Part shown: positions 1 through 10,299 of the stretch, in pieces
How positions within the stretch are numbered: the stretch's first letter is position 1
How the letters are laid out: each line of letters starts with the position of its first letter
Notes under the pieces: model-generated
Database searches by the model: none
Told to the model about the DNA's origin: nothing
Seen by the model: only the letters and a program-made list of their open reading frames with translations
DNA from: Amoebophrya sp. A120
Lineage: Eukaryota; Protista; Dinoflagellata
NCBI GenBank assembly: GCA_905178155.1
Contig: CAJINV010000002.1
Location: 1,029,809-1,093,808 of the forward strand
Length of the DNA: 64,000 nucleotides
Reading direction: 5' to 3'
Made by a program: the position numbers and the translations under genes

Positions 1-3000
1 GGTACCAGTTGGTCCTACTTGTTGCTGGTGGTTTACAACTCCGCCGACAACACTACTATTACCACCAGCCACGCCGGATATCAAAGTAGAGCTCGCGGAT
101 TGATGCGTGCCGGCAAGATGACCAATCGGGTTAGCGAAATGCAGCCCTCCGAGTAGTTCCCGAGACTCCTTCTTGTTCTTGTTCGCTTGGAGCTTCTCGT
201 TCAGCATTTGCTGCAATTCCGCCGGCGTGAGCCCGTCGATCTTTTTCTTATTCGACGCCTCCAGGGTTCCTCGCGGCGGCTTGTCTAAGGTGCTGCTCAC
301 ATTCCGGGACAGATCGCTCTCCGTCGCGGAAGAAGCGGCGTTGGGAGAAGAGGCGTTGGCGAGGGGGGTGGTGAGACCTCCTTCTTTGGCAGTTGCAGTT
401 GCAGATGCAACACCTGCAGCTCGTTCCACAGCAGTTTTGGAAACCGCGACTCCAGATGCTGAGACTACCTCCGCCGAAGTTGCAGTAGCAGCAGCTGCAG
501 TGACAACAGCGGCCGAATTGTTTTGTTGCTCGCCAATTACATCCGCTGTCGGAGGACAAGTCGAGGTTTTGTTCTCGACAATATCCGTATGACAGTGCAC
601 AACTCCGCCTCCCCCCCATTTGCATAGCATGAACGGCAATACAAGCATCAGCAAGAATGCCGGATTTGCATGACAAATTTGCAGTGGAGTGTAATGCTAT
701 TTGGGCTACCAGAACTTGTCATGCAAACAGTGCCAAGAGGCAAGAGGTGGATTCGGTATTTTGCATGACAAATGAGGGGGAAGAGGAGTTGTTCACTGTC
801 ATAATCCGTTGTCGCGGTAGTCGTTGTGTTGTCGCCAGAGGTGCCGGAAGAAGCGTTGTCCGCTGAAGACGCTCCACCGGTAGTGGTCAAAACCAGGTTA
901 TCGACCGCTACGGTATATCAAATGCAAAAATGTCTGGGTCTGGAAGAATACAAGATTTGGTTGGTTGGTTGGGTAGCGCCTGTCGCCGGTGCAGGTCCCG
1001 CCCTCCATCGATTGCGATCCGGAGTAGCCGGACTTGTCATGCATGTTTCTCATGATCCATGATGCTTGTGATGCATGACCTTGCATCGCAGACATTTAGA
1101 GGGCTTCCTGATGCACCTTCCGCATGAGAAATGCTCTATCCGGGTAGCACAAACTGCTACTGCACCCCTGTTGCTTGTCATGCAATACAATTTTTTTTAC
1201 CGTCCAAGAATAGCATGACAAGTTGCATTCTTCCAGACCCAGACACTTTTACATTTGATACGGTAGTAGTCGTCGACGCGGGCGGATCCGAGACGGCTGG
1301 GGAATTCTGCTGCGTTCTTTGCTCCTTACCAGTAACTGTCGTGGCACGGCTGTCGTCCTGTTTTCGATTGTTTTCATTCCGATATTTAGCATGACAAACA
1401 TCGACTCGTCGAAATGACGACAGACAAGACACTACCACTAGTCAAAAATGCTCGTTATGCAATACAGATCTTGCCCTCCTAACCATCTCGCATCACAAAT
1501 GAATCCAGAATGATCGCCATCAATGCATTAAAACAAATAAACTCTCTATACGATTGGTGACTGGCTGTTGCCCACGACTCCTGTGCTCGAATTCAGCAGC
1601 GCTAGCGAATCGTCCGAACTTGTTAAGCCCAGCGTCGTGCTTTCCAAGCTGGGAAACTTCCGACAGACGATTTCGTCTTCCTCGTAGCTGTTTTCGCACG
1701 AGCTCACTCGCCCGTTTATGAACCCGGTAGAAGCCCGGGTCGTCGCCGTGGTCGCTTTGGACAGTTGCTGTTTGCACCGCTCCGGATCGCCGTCTTCGCT
1801 ACTGGATGACGAAGTGGCGCCGCCAACGTCCGTCTTCGTTGTGGACGAGCTCGCATCTTCCGTCATACCGGACTGCAGTTGTTTTTCGGTCACTGCATTA
1901 TTACCTGGCTTTTGCTCTACCGTAGGACCTTCTTCACTGCTAATACTTTCCTTTTCCGAAGAAGGCAGGTCAGTAGCAGCAGGCGCTGCTTGAGCAGATG
2001 AAACTACGGAGGACATCACAGCTGCGCCGGGGGCAATAGAACTAGCGTCCTTCATCTTGTTCACTGAGACCGACTCTACTACACCTGCAGTCACAGCACC
2101 ACCGCTGGCAATGTTGATAGTATTGACTGCAGCCGCTGCGTTTGCAGCTTGCGTTGCGGCGGCGGCGATCGCCACGGTCTGGGCGGAGGCTTTTATTGAC
2201 TTCGTGCGCTCCGCAAAGATGGACTGGATTTTGTCTTGTAATTTGGACGGATCCTGAAGCAGCTCTTTGTTCTGGGCGGTATTGGCAGCTGTGCCTGAGT
2301 TGTTGGCTGATGATGTCCCGTCGCCCTTGTCGTCCCCCTGCTGGCCACCTCCGTTATTTTGCGTGGAATTTGAAGATATGAAATCTAAAAATGTCTGGGT
2401 CTGGAAGAATGCAACTTGTCATGCTGATTTTGGATTCTAAAAAAATCTGTATTGCATGAGCAGCAAAGAGAGTCCAAGTTGTGCTACACGGAAAGAGCAT
2501 TTGTCATGCGGTATAGGCATCAGGAAGCCCTCACAAAATCTGTGATGCTAGGGCATGCATCACAGACATCAGGAGTCATGCAAAATGTGCATGACAAAAC
2601 CTAGCAATCTTCCAGACCCAGACATTTTTACATTTGATAGAAGAAGTGATGGTAAAACTTTGGATGTTATCCGCCCGAAGAGTCCCGACCATGGGAGCAC
2701 CAGCACCTGTTGCGGTACTACTCAGGTTCGTTTGAGACCCAGACTGCGGCAGTTGTTGGCTCTGCTGTTGCTGTAGCTGCATGTTGTAAGAAGTGCTGTT
2801 CGACGTAGCAGTTTGCTCAGTTGCAGTGGCATTGAGAGGACCAGTGGCAGACGTTTGTTGTGCTTGAGCTGCATTGAACGAAGTACCGAAGGATGCGGCA
2901 TTTCCCGTTCCCCCAAGCTGTTGCTGCTGTCCCGTCGCTGCTGTTGCTGTCCCACTCTGCATTTGCTGCATCGACGTTACCGCACCAGTAGACTGGAGGT

Positions 3001-4685
3001 TCAGATTGGACATACTATTCAAACCTTGCTGCTGTTGACCACCAGCAACTCCAGAGCCGTATTGCATCTGCTGCTGCTGGACGCCTCCAGTAGAACTAGT
3101 GCCCATCATGCTGCCTCCACCAGTCGTGCCACTACCGTACCCGCCAATGTTTTGCTGCAAGTTCGCATTGGATCCGGAGTTCATTTGGGAAGATGAAAAT
3201 TGGGCGGTGTTTGTTCCACCGAAATTCGACGTCCCTGACGGCTGGAACTGAGTGCTCTGCGCGTTCATGGTACTAGAAAATTGGTTTTGGTGCTGGCCGG
3301 AGGTCGTAGTTCCGAACTGATGAGAACTCTGGTAGTTGCTATTTCCCATTGCAGCAGCATTTTGGTTAATGCCGCCGCCACCGCCCATATGGTTCTGCAT
3401 GTTCATCTGGTTTTGCATGTTGCCGGACGTTCCGCCCATGATATGTGACGACATAGTATTATTGTTCCCCCCAACATAGCTGCTCGTGTTACCACCGCTA
3501 TGGTTGTGAAAGGAGTTGCTCTGGTGCATAGAATTTGCGGCTGCGTAGGAATTAGACATGTTCTGCTGCTGCTGAAAATTCCCAACTCCGCCACCCATTA
3601 TCAAGTGTAAAAATGTCTGGGTCTGGAAGATTCTGAGACTTATGATGCACGTTTTGCATGCGCCATGATGTCTGTGATGCCTGCCCTAGCATCACAGATG
3701 TTTTGAGGGCATCTTGATGCCTATTCCGCATGACAAATGCCCTCTCCGGGTAGCAAGAATCGCATTCCCTTTGCTGATCATGCAATACAGATTTTTTTGG
3801 AATCCGAATGCAGCATCACAAGTTGCATTTTTCTCTACCCAGACATTTTTGCAATCCATACCCATCATGCTCTGCTGATATTGACTGTTCATCATGCCGT
3901 TATGTTGACCGGAGGTATTTGATCCAAACTGGCTCTGCATCATGTTGCCATGATGTTGGCCGCTATTATTCCCACCACCGTGCATGCCGCTGTTCGCAGC
4001 TCCCTGATGCATACTGCTGTTGTACTGGTTTGAAACCATATTGGACGTCGACTGTTGGTCTCCCATGTGGTGCGCCGAACTATGGGCACTGTTGCTGGAC
4101 CAGGTGTGCGCCATGCTTTGCTGGTTTAGGTGGCCGGACGACTGCATGCTGTGTCCCATGTTGCCGGCACCGCCCATCGCACCAGAGCTGCTGTTGCCCA
4201 TGTTCATGCTGCTCATATCAAAACCAGAATTCTGGTTGTGCGAACCGTTGTTCATGCCGGTCATGCTGTGCGTGTTGCCCGCTACATTGGAACCCGAATT
4301 GTACTGGGAGGCGGTTCTGTTTATGTAGTTATTTGAACATTTTGGTTGTGTTTTTATGCATTCTTTTGTGAAACAATTCAAAAGCTATACCATGAAATAA
4401 ACCTGCTCGAGATTTAATACGCCAGAATTTGAAAGATGACTAGTACCCTTGTCCCCCCATCGCCCCCACGCCGCCCCCTCGCTGGTCAGCATAGCTCTCC
4501 TTTCCGCCAGGGCCAGCACTATTGCCAGCGTTGCCTCCTCCCGACCCGTTGTAGCGGCCCCAAACAGGATTCATTTGCGACACGGTGTTGGTCTGAAAAG
4601 TATTCACCATTTCCGCGGCGGGCTCCTGCGTAACCGTCGATGCGGGAGTTACCCCGCCGGAGTGGCTCCCGGCGGTCGTCCACAT
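1..4685 (-). CDS. Multi-exon low-complexity Q/N/S/G/M-rich hypothetical protein, 3' end runs off the window
   Basis: ATG at 4685. A GT-AG intron at 4317-4446 joins in phase 2. ORF frames 3692..4381, 2576..3604, 1546..2175, 1178..1438 and 648..890 join in frame when each introner plus 5 nt is removed. The frame stays open to base 1. Confidence 0.75.
588..803. mobile_element. Introner family B (TIR TATGACAGTGCACAACTCC)
   Basis: TIR at both ends, TSD ATCCG/ATCCG, removal restores frame. Confidence 0.9.
916..1260. mobile_element. Introner family A (TIR TATCAAATGYAAAAATGTCTGGGTCTGGAAG) with about 80 bp extra internal sequence
   Basis: TIR, TSD CGGTA/CGGTA, removal restores frame. Confidence 0.9.
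1383..1550. mobile_element. Degenerate introner-like intron
   Basis: TAT...ATA ends and three GCATKACA-type motifs. TSD decayed, but element+5 nt removal is in frame. Confidence 0.55.
2377..2639. mobile_element. Introner family A (opposite orientation to 916 and 3599)
   Basis: TIR, TSD GAAGA/GAAGA, frame restored. Confidence 0.9.
3599..3860. mobile_element. Introner family A
   Basis: TIR, TSD CCCAT/CCCAT, frame restored. Confidence 0.9.
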
Positions 4686-6757
4686 CTTTTTCCAAATCGA
4701 CTTACGTTACAAGAAACAGAGATTGTATTTTACAAAAAGTGCCGTGAAATAATAGAGCAGATGAAATCGTGCAGTAAATAATCTTCATGAAACAACTCGC
4801 AAAAGAATACACAACTACTCGCAATACTCCGATAGAATTTTACCGTTGAACAGCACTAAACTATTCTCCAACATAAAATTCTTTCCACAACTACAAATTA
4901 TTTTTCACAGAACAATTTACAATCTTTCGTAAAACTTTTTTTATCACAATGTAGATTCGAGGTGGTCGCTCTATTTGCCTTTTTCTAAAGCAAGGATAGA
5001 TACGGTTGTAGAGATTAATCGTAAAAAAGAAATCGCGGTAACAGATGCAAATGATCGTCTCGATTTTTTTTTTTTTGGTTTTTAGGTATTTTTTCTTTGA
5101 CAAAAGTATAATCTTCCAAAAGCAGCTATTTTGTCTTGCATAAACCTTATCGCTGTCTGATATAATGTTGAAATATGCTAGAAACCTTGCTCGCACTACT
5201 GAATCCTCTTTGTTCTTTCGTACTAGGGTCTAATTTCTTGTTTGCGTTTATTGTGCAGGCGTGAAGAAATTCTACTTCCTCCAGCTGTACTACGCAAGAA
5301 TGTTCGGTCTCCCCCTCCGTGAGAGAAATTCTTTCTTCACCAAAGGCGAAACACAAAGATTCCTGTGTCAGACAGCACCGTCAGACAGCACCGTCAGAAA
5401 GCACCTCGTTTTATTCCGCGATACAACTAGTAGAAGAGGGACAGTAACTAGACGACTTTCTCCGAAGTAAATAAGGTTCTTTTTCTAAACTAAGTAAAAG
5501 CGTAGGAGTGTCTACGCGACTTTCTTTTTAACAGTCTAGGATAATTTTTGGTATGAGTATTTTTAACAGCCACTCTGTAGTTGTGGTTGTCAAGGGAGTA
5601 AAGTCGCTGGGCGGGTGTCCGAAAAGGAGCTGGCTCTAACGATAGAAGCGCGCTTTTTTAGAGGTTTCTGGCTAGCAATATCTTGTTATCAGACCTTGAG
5701 GTTGTTGTGCTTTGTCAAGACAGTGAGCAGCTTGGTACAGGTACACAGAAAGAATAACAGAAAAAATTATGTCGAAGAAACGATAAGAGAGCCGCTTTTG
5801 ATAAAATCAGACTTGCGTGCCTACAGAAAGCGCGGTGCCGCTTCAGTGAGCCTGTAGCTAATATGCCACTTCTTGTACTAACAACAGGTCGCCCGAGGCG
5901 TCTCTACGCTCTTGTAGGCAAACAGGCAAAAGCTGTAAAACTGGCAGAGATAAGATACAGATCAAAATCAAAGGCGCGTGTAAATACGGTTGATGTGCTC
6001 TTCAAAATTGACAGATCACAGCAGGTACAGATAGCAGAGCCTCAGTAGTGGTCTTTCGTAGCGGGACAACAGTTAAAAAATCATTGATGAAAGTGAAACA
6101 AGAAGATATAAAGAGCGGCAACAAGAATCGCCTTGAGGGAAGCAGGAGTGTCTGCTTGCACTAATAGAAATTTATTTCATCAAACGGAGGAGCTCGGTGA
6201 GCTGAGCGAAGAAAAGAACTCGGCTTACTCTTGCTCCGTTTAGTATGAAGATTCTCAGCACGTAATATTGTGTCTCTTTGGTCCAATCTTACCACACAAC
6301 TCGAATTGAATCGGCGGTGGCCTCTTTAGATTCTCTTTCTAGATTTCTTCCTATAGAAAAACAAGGAAAAAAATCTAAAGCAGTAGTCAAAATGTTGACC
6401 ACGCACTCTACCTCCGGTGCGATAGAACCAAAACAATATTACTCAAAACTTTCTACTAGTGCGCTACACCGTGTGGTCACTTTTGGTGCTGTACTATTGT
6501 TCCTTTGCTAAATATTCTACAAATCCGTACTATGATATTTTCACTGCTCGAGCGAGAGCATAGTTTATACCGCAAAAATTTTCTAAAGCAAATAGCGCAG
6601 ACGGAGCTCCTCTCTTTATAAATACGTTTGGCTGATTCTACTGTAAAAAACTCGACACTATGGAAAAATATCGTAGCCCTGACCCTAACTAGTGAAAAAA
6701 TAAGTACGAAAATATCGAATATGTTCCCCTGCTCTGGGTGAAACTTGGCCTGTTGGA
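4686..6757 (-). promoter_or_regulatory. Putative long 5' leader, depleted of sense-strand ATG
   Basis: Only about 6 CAT triplets on + in about 2.07 kb, none between 5142 and 6081. No convincing ORF. Confidence 0.5.
5367..5405. repeat. 13-bp tandem repeat x3 (GTCAGACAGCACC)
   Basis: Read directly; one mismatch in unit 3. Confidence 0.9.
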
Positions 6758-7762
6758 TTAATCGCAAAGCGCCTTAGCATTAATTCATATTCAAAATGAT
6801 TTCAAAATGAATTCAAAAAGTCAACGTTTTTGACTTTTGGCTGCCCATGAAAATGCCGAATATTCGAACAAAATGAACGACGCGCCTCGGTTGTGGACCA
6901 TTCGCAAGCCCTATGCCGTGCGCTTACGCGGAGCATTTCGCTTGAAAAACGCAGCGCCACCATTTGAATGCGTCTCATTAGTTTGGGAGGGTGCTTGGCT
7001 TGGAATCGGCACGGCCACAAGCTCTGGGCCACGGCATGGCGGCTCAAGATTGAACCGCCAGGGTCCCTCTAAAACCCAACTGACAGACACCACGTCCGCC
7101 CAAAGCCACGACGCATGGGGCCAACGCAATTCCATTTCCGAGGCGGCCGAGAGGGCCCAGATGCACCCTCTCCCCTCGATTGATCGGGCCTGATTGGTGC
7201 CTAACATAAAACATGTCATGCCACAGACCACACCAATACCAGAGCGATCACGCAGAGTGCCCAATTTCATAAGGAAATTGGCGGGCCTATGCAATTTCAA
7301 AAAGAAATTGGCGACCTGAACGGAATTCAAAAAGAAATTGGCGGGGTTGATGGAATTCAAAAAGAAATTGGCGGCCCCGAGACAATTCAAAAAGAAATTG
7401 GCGGATCTGGGCAATTTCAAAAAAAAGTTGGGAATAAGTTGGAGACAAGTTCAAAATTAGTTGGGTCAGGGATTCTTAGTATGGGAAACAGAAAAAAGTT
7501 GGCTTCCAACTTATTTCCAACTTTTTTTTGAATCTGGCGAAGGGAGATTCCTCAAGACCTGGACCCTCTTGAGTTGGCGTGCTTTACTGCATGCCCCTTC
7601 AAGTACGAAATCCCCCATCCGAAGCGCTGTCGAGAAGCCTTTCGGTGTGAAGGTCGACCCTATCAATGCCCCGCAAGCTATACCCCAACACCCTGAAAGG
7701 AAGAGGGGCAGGAAGCGATCACGAATGAAAGCCTTTACACAAAAAGCGCCCCAACAGCTGGC
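6758..7762. mobile_element. Non-coding insertion 1 flanked by a 59-bp duplication
   Basis: 6699-6757 recurs as 7763-7804 plus 9355-9371 (split by insertion 2). Confidence 0.6.
7261..7431. repeat. 30-bp-period array with constant TTCAAAAAGAAATTGGCG core and about 10-12 bp unique spacers, 6 units
   Basis: Units start at 7261, 7291, 7321, 7351, 7381 and 7411. The last unit starts an inverted repeat with about 7505-7530. Confidence 0.9.
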
Positions 7763-8249
7763 AATAAGTACGAAAATATCGAATATGTTCCCCTGCTCTG
7801 GGTGGCATTTGATGGCAGCAATCCACCTCTTCGGGCGATCCACCTCTTCGGGCGTGCCTCTGCTCATCCGCCACAGGGCCTCCCAGCGCTGCAGAGCCCG
7901 CGGCGCCTTGAATTGCCGGGGTCGACTGCTGGCTCTGGGTCAGCTTCTGCAACAGCTGCCCTGTCCTTTTGTTTGCACTACTCCATTGCGAGCGAAGGGC
8001 AACACTCGACCAGCCGACCACCCAACCAGCCACCTCTCTCTCTTTGTTGCTAGAAGTCCTGCTGGGCCGACATCTTAACAAAAGCAAAGAGAAAGATACC
8101 TGCTAAGAGACGAGCACCCCGTGGCGAATAAAGTTCTACATAAAATATTTGCACTTCAGAAGCATGGTCGTTCCCGACCATATCCGCCGGGGCTGGCATC
8201 CCGGCTGCTGACTTCAGCAGGCTGCCTACTTTCTGCTTCCTTTGACATG

Positions 8250-8481
8250 GACGAACAAGGGTGGGTTACATCTGCTTTTTTTCAAAAAGGTCTAACCCCC
8301 GCTAGTGGGTGGGCACTAGCGGGGGTTAGCTTCGGACGAATGTAACCCACCCTTGTTCATTTGTTCTAGGATGAACAAAGGTGGGTTACATTTGTCTGAC
8401 CCTAACCCCCGCTAGTGCCCACCCACTAGCGGGGGTTAGAACTTTTTGGGAAACAGGCAACCTAACCCACCCTTGTTCGTC
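8250..8481. repeat. Nested palindrome: two hairpin arms in inverted (flip/flop) arrangement
   Basis: Outer IR 8250-8268/8463-8481. 16-bp stems 8292-8307/8314-8329 and 8402-8417/8424-8439 with complementary loops GGTGGG/CCCACC. Confidence 0.9.
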
Positions 8482-8717
8482 GGATCCAAATCATGGCGCT
8501 TCACGTCGCCGGGTGGGCTCCGGCGATCAGAGTCGGCGAGCCTCCAAAGACATCAACTACAGAAAACATCTGCAGCGTACCACCCAGAATAAAATGTGCC
8601 GCCATGATATGGGGCGCGGATCAATATCGCGCACCAGGCCATGCTGCAGAGCCCTACTCCCGACGGGAAACTAAAGGGCTACAAGGCGAATTTCGCACCC
8701 GCCATGCCGCGCGAAGG

Positions 8718-8778
8718 GTGAAATGGGACTGGGCATAACAAGTCACGACGCAATACCTTGAGCCAAAAGCCTCCCACT
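8718..8778 (-). ncRNA. Degenerate spliced-leader (SL) RNA-like copy
   Basis: TTTTGGCTCAAG|GTAT on - (the last 12 nt of DinoSL plus a GT donor); left arm of a ~110-bp inverted repeat with the + copy. Confidence 0.45.
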
Positions 8779-8933
8779 GCAACACGCTTGACATCGATTT
8801 CATAATCCACAAATCTCAATAAGCGACGCTTCAGGTTGACATCAATGCCCTGAATGCCGAAAACCTGTCGCGCCAGATCTGCACAAACTTAATTGAGACT
8901 TGTGGACTACAAGATCAATGTGCCAAAGCTTGC

Positions 8934-8991
8934 GACGTCGGCATTTTGGCTCAAGGTACAATGGCGCGAGTTGCTACGCCCAATCCCTTTT
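8934..8991 (+). ncRNA. Dinoflagellate SL RNA-like gene
   Basis: GACGTCGGCATTTTGGCTCAAG matches DinoSL DCCGTAGCCATTTTGGCTCAAG at 19/22 and includes the exon Sm-type ATTTTGG. It is followed by a GTACAA donor and a T-run about 35 nt later (total about 57 nt). Confidence 0.65.
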
Positions 8992-10299
8992 CACCCCTCA
9001 CGCGGATTGACAACCACAGCGACGCACCCAGGGGCCGCCCGCGTGGAGGACACGCATGCAGGAATTTTTGGCCCCCTAGATACCACCGGAAAAGTGCTTT
9101 TCTGTTCCCTCAGCACGAGCGGCCTTATTCAGCATTTTACTTCTCCATGTGCTGCCGCTTTTTCGCGTTGTTTTGCGCTGTAGTTTTTCTGTTTGTGATT
9201 TTTCAAACCGAAGCAACTGCCACGACCTACTTGCGGCCCCGCTTTGCCCTTTGGTTTTCGCGCTGGAACCCGCGTCAAAAAGTAGAATTGTGACCCCGTG
9301 CGTAGAATTGTGACCCAGTACGAAAATATCGAATATGTTCCCCTGCTCTGGGTGAAACTTGGCCTGTTGGAGTTGGTTTTGGAATTTGGTATTATATCTA
9401 GTTGATGGAAAATGGAAAATCAGAAGACGCGAAGCTATTTTTGGTGGCTCCTACTCGGGGTTTTGATTTTTCCCTTATGTGGTGACAACTAGCTACGGAG
9501 AGCTGCAGGAAATTAAGTAGGATCCGCTTCTGAGGACCCGTCGGGAAAAGAAAAATAGAAATTCTGCAAAGATCTTCGCGTAGGACCAAAATCGTAGTTC
9601 TTTTGTTTATGCTTATGCAGCCACCTTGAATTATACGCGTGGAAATGCACCACACGAGTTGATTTTTTATTTTTTGCAATGTATCTATTGTAACCTTCTA
9701 CAAACGATCTCTTCGCGATTGTTCAGAGCTTATTTTACAAGTATCTTTTAAACAAATTTCATAGAACTGGATGATGGAGGAAGAGGAGCAATGCCTCTAT
9801 TTTGTTGATAAATTTCATCCCATACAAAAGATGATGATGATGATGACGACACTGAGTTTTCGATTTTTAGTTTGGAACTCAAAGCAGCTATTGGCGGTTT
9901 CGGAGTTTGTGTTTGCTTATGCTCATGGAAAAAAGTACGTGAAAAAGGACTACGTAGTTCAAGAAAAATGACCTTCCTTGACTCTGATGTTGCGAAGCTC
10001 GTCGCACTGTGCGTATTTGTAGTTCTGTTTCTTCTGACAGCTTCAGATCAGGTCTCTATTCTACTCTCTCACATCTAAAATTTTGAGCGTTTCATGAGCT
10101 GTAGCTTTTGAATCTCGGTGGGTTGATGTGATAATATTTCGCGCTAAACTGCTGGATCGGACCTCAAGCTCATGCTGCCCTCTGGTATCCGGGGCTTCAT
10201 CTGCAACCTCCTCCTCGTTTTGTTTTACCCGTAGAAATAGAGTCACACTCGGAAATCTAGTGAAGAAACAAGCTTCCTTCTGTTGGAATGCGGCTGAGT

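Larger units (their letters stand above)
7805..9316. mobile_element. Non-coding insertion 2 flanked by a 38-bp duplication
   Basis: AGTACGAAAATATCGAATATGTTCCCCTGCTCTGGGTG at 7767-7804 and 9317-9354. Short tandem duplications at both insert ends (ATCCACCTCTTCGGGCG x2; GTAGAATTGTGACCC x2). Confidence 0.6.

Noticed and set aside
7036-7050. GGCTCAAG as another SL relic (also at about 33654)
   Set aside because: Only an 8-nt match, lacking TTTT and a GT donor; expected by chance.
7261-7431. CRISPR array
   Set aside because: Spacers are only about 10-12 bp, there are no cas genes and the context is eukaryotic; kept as an unexplained periodic array.
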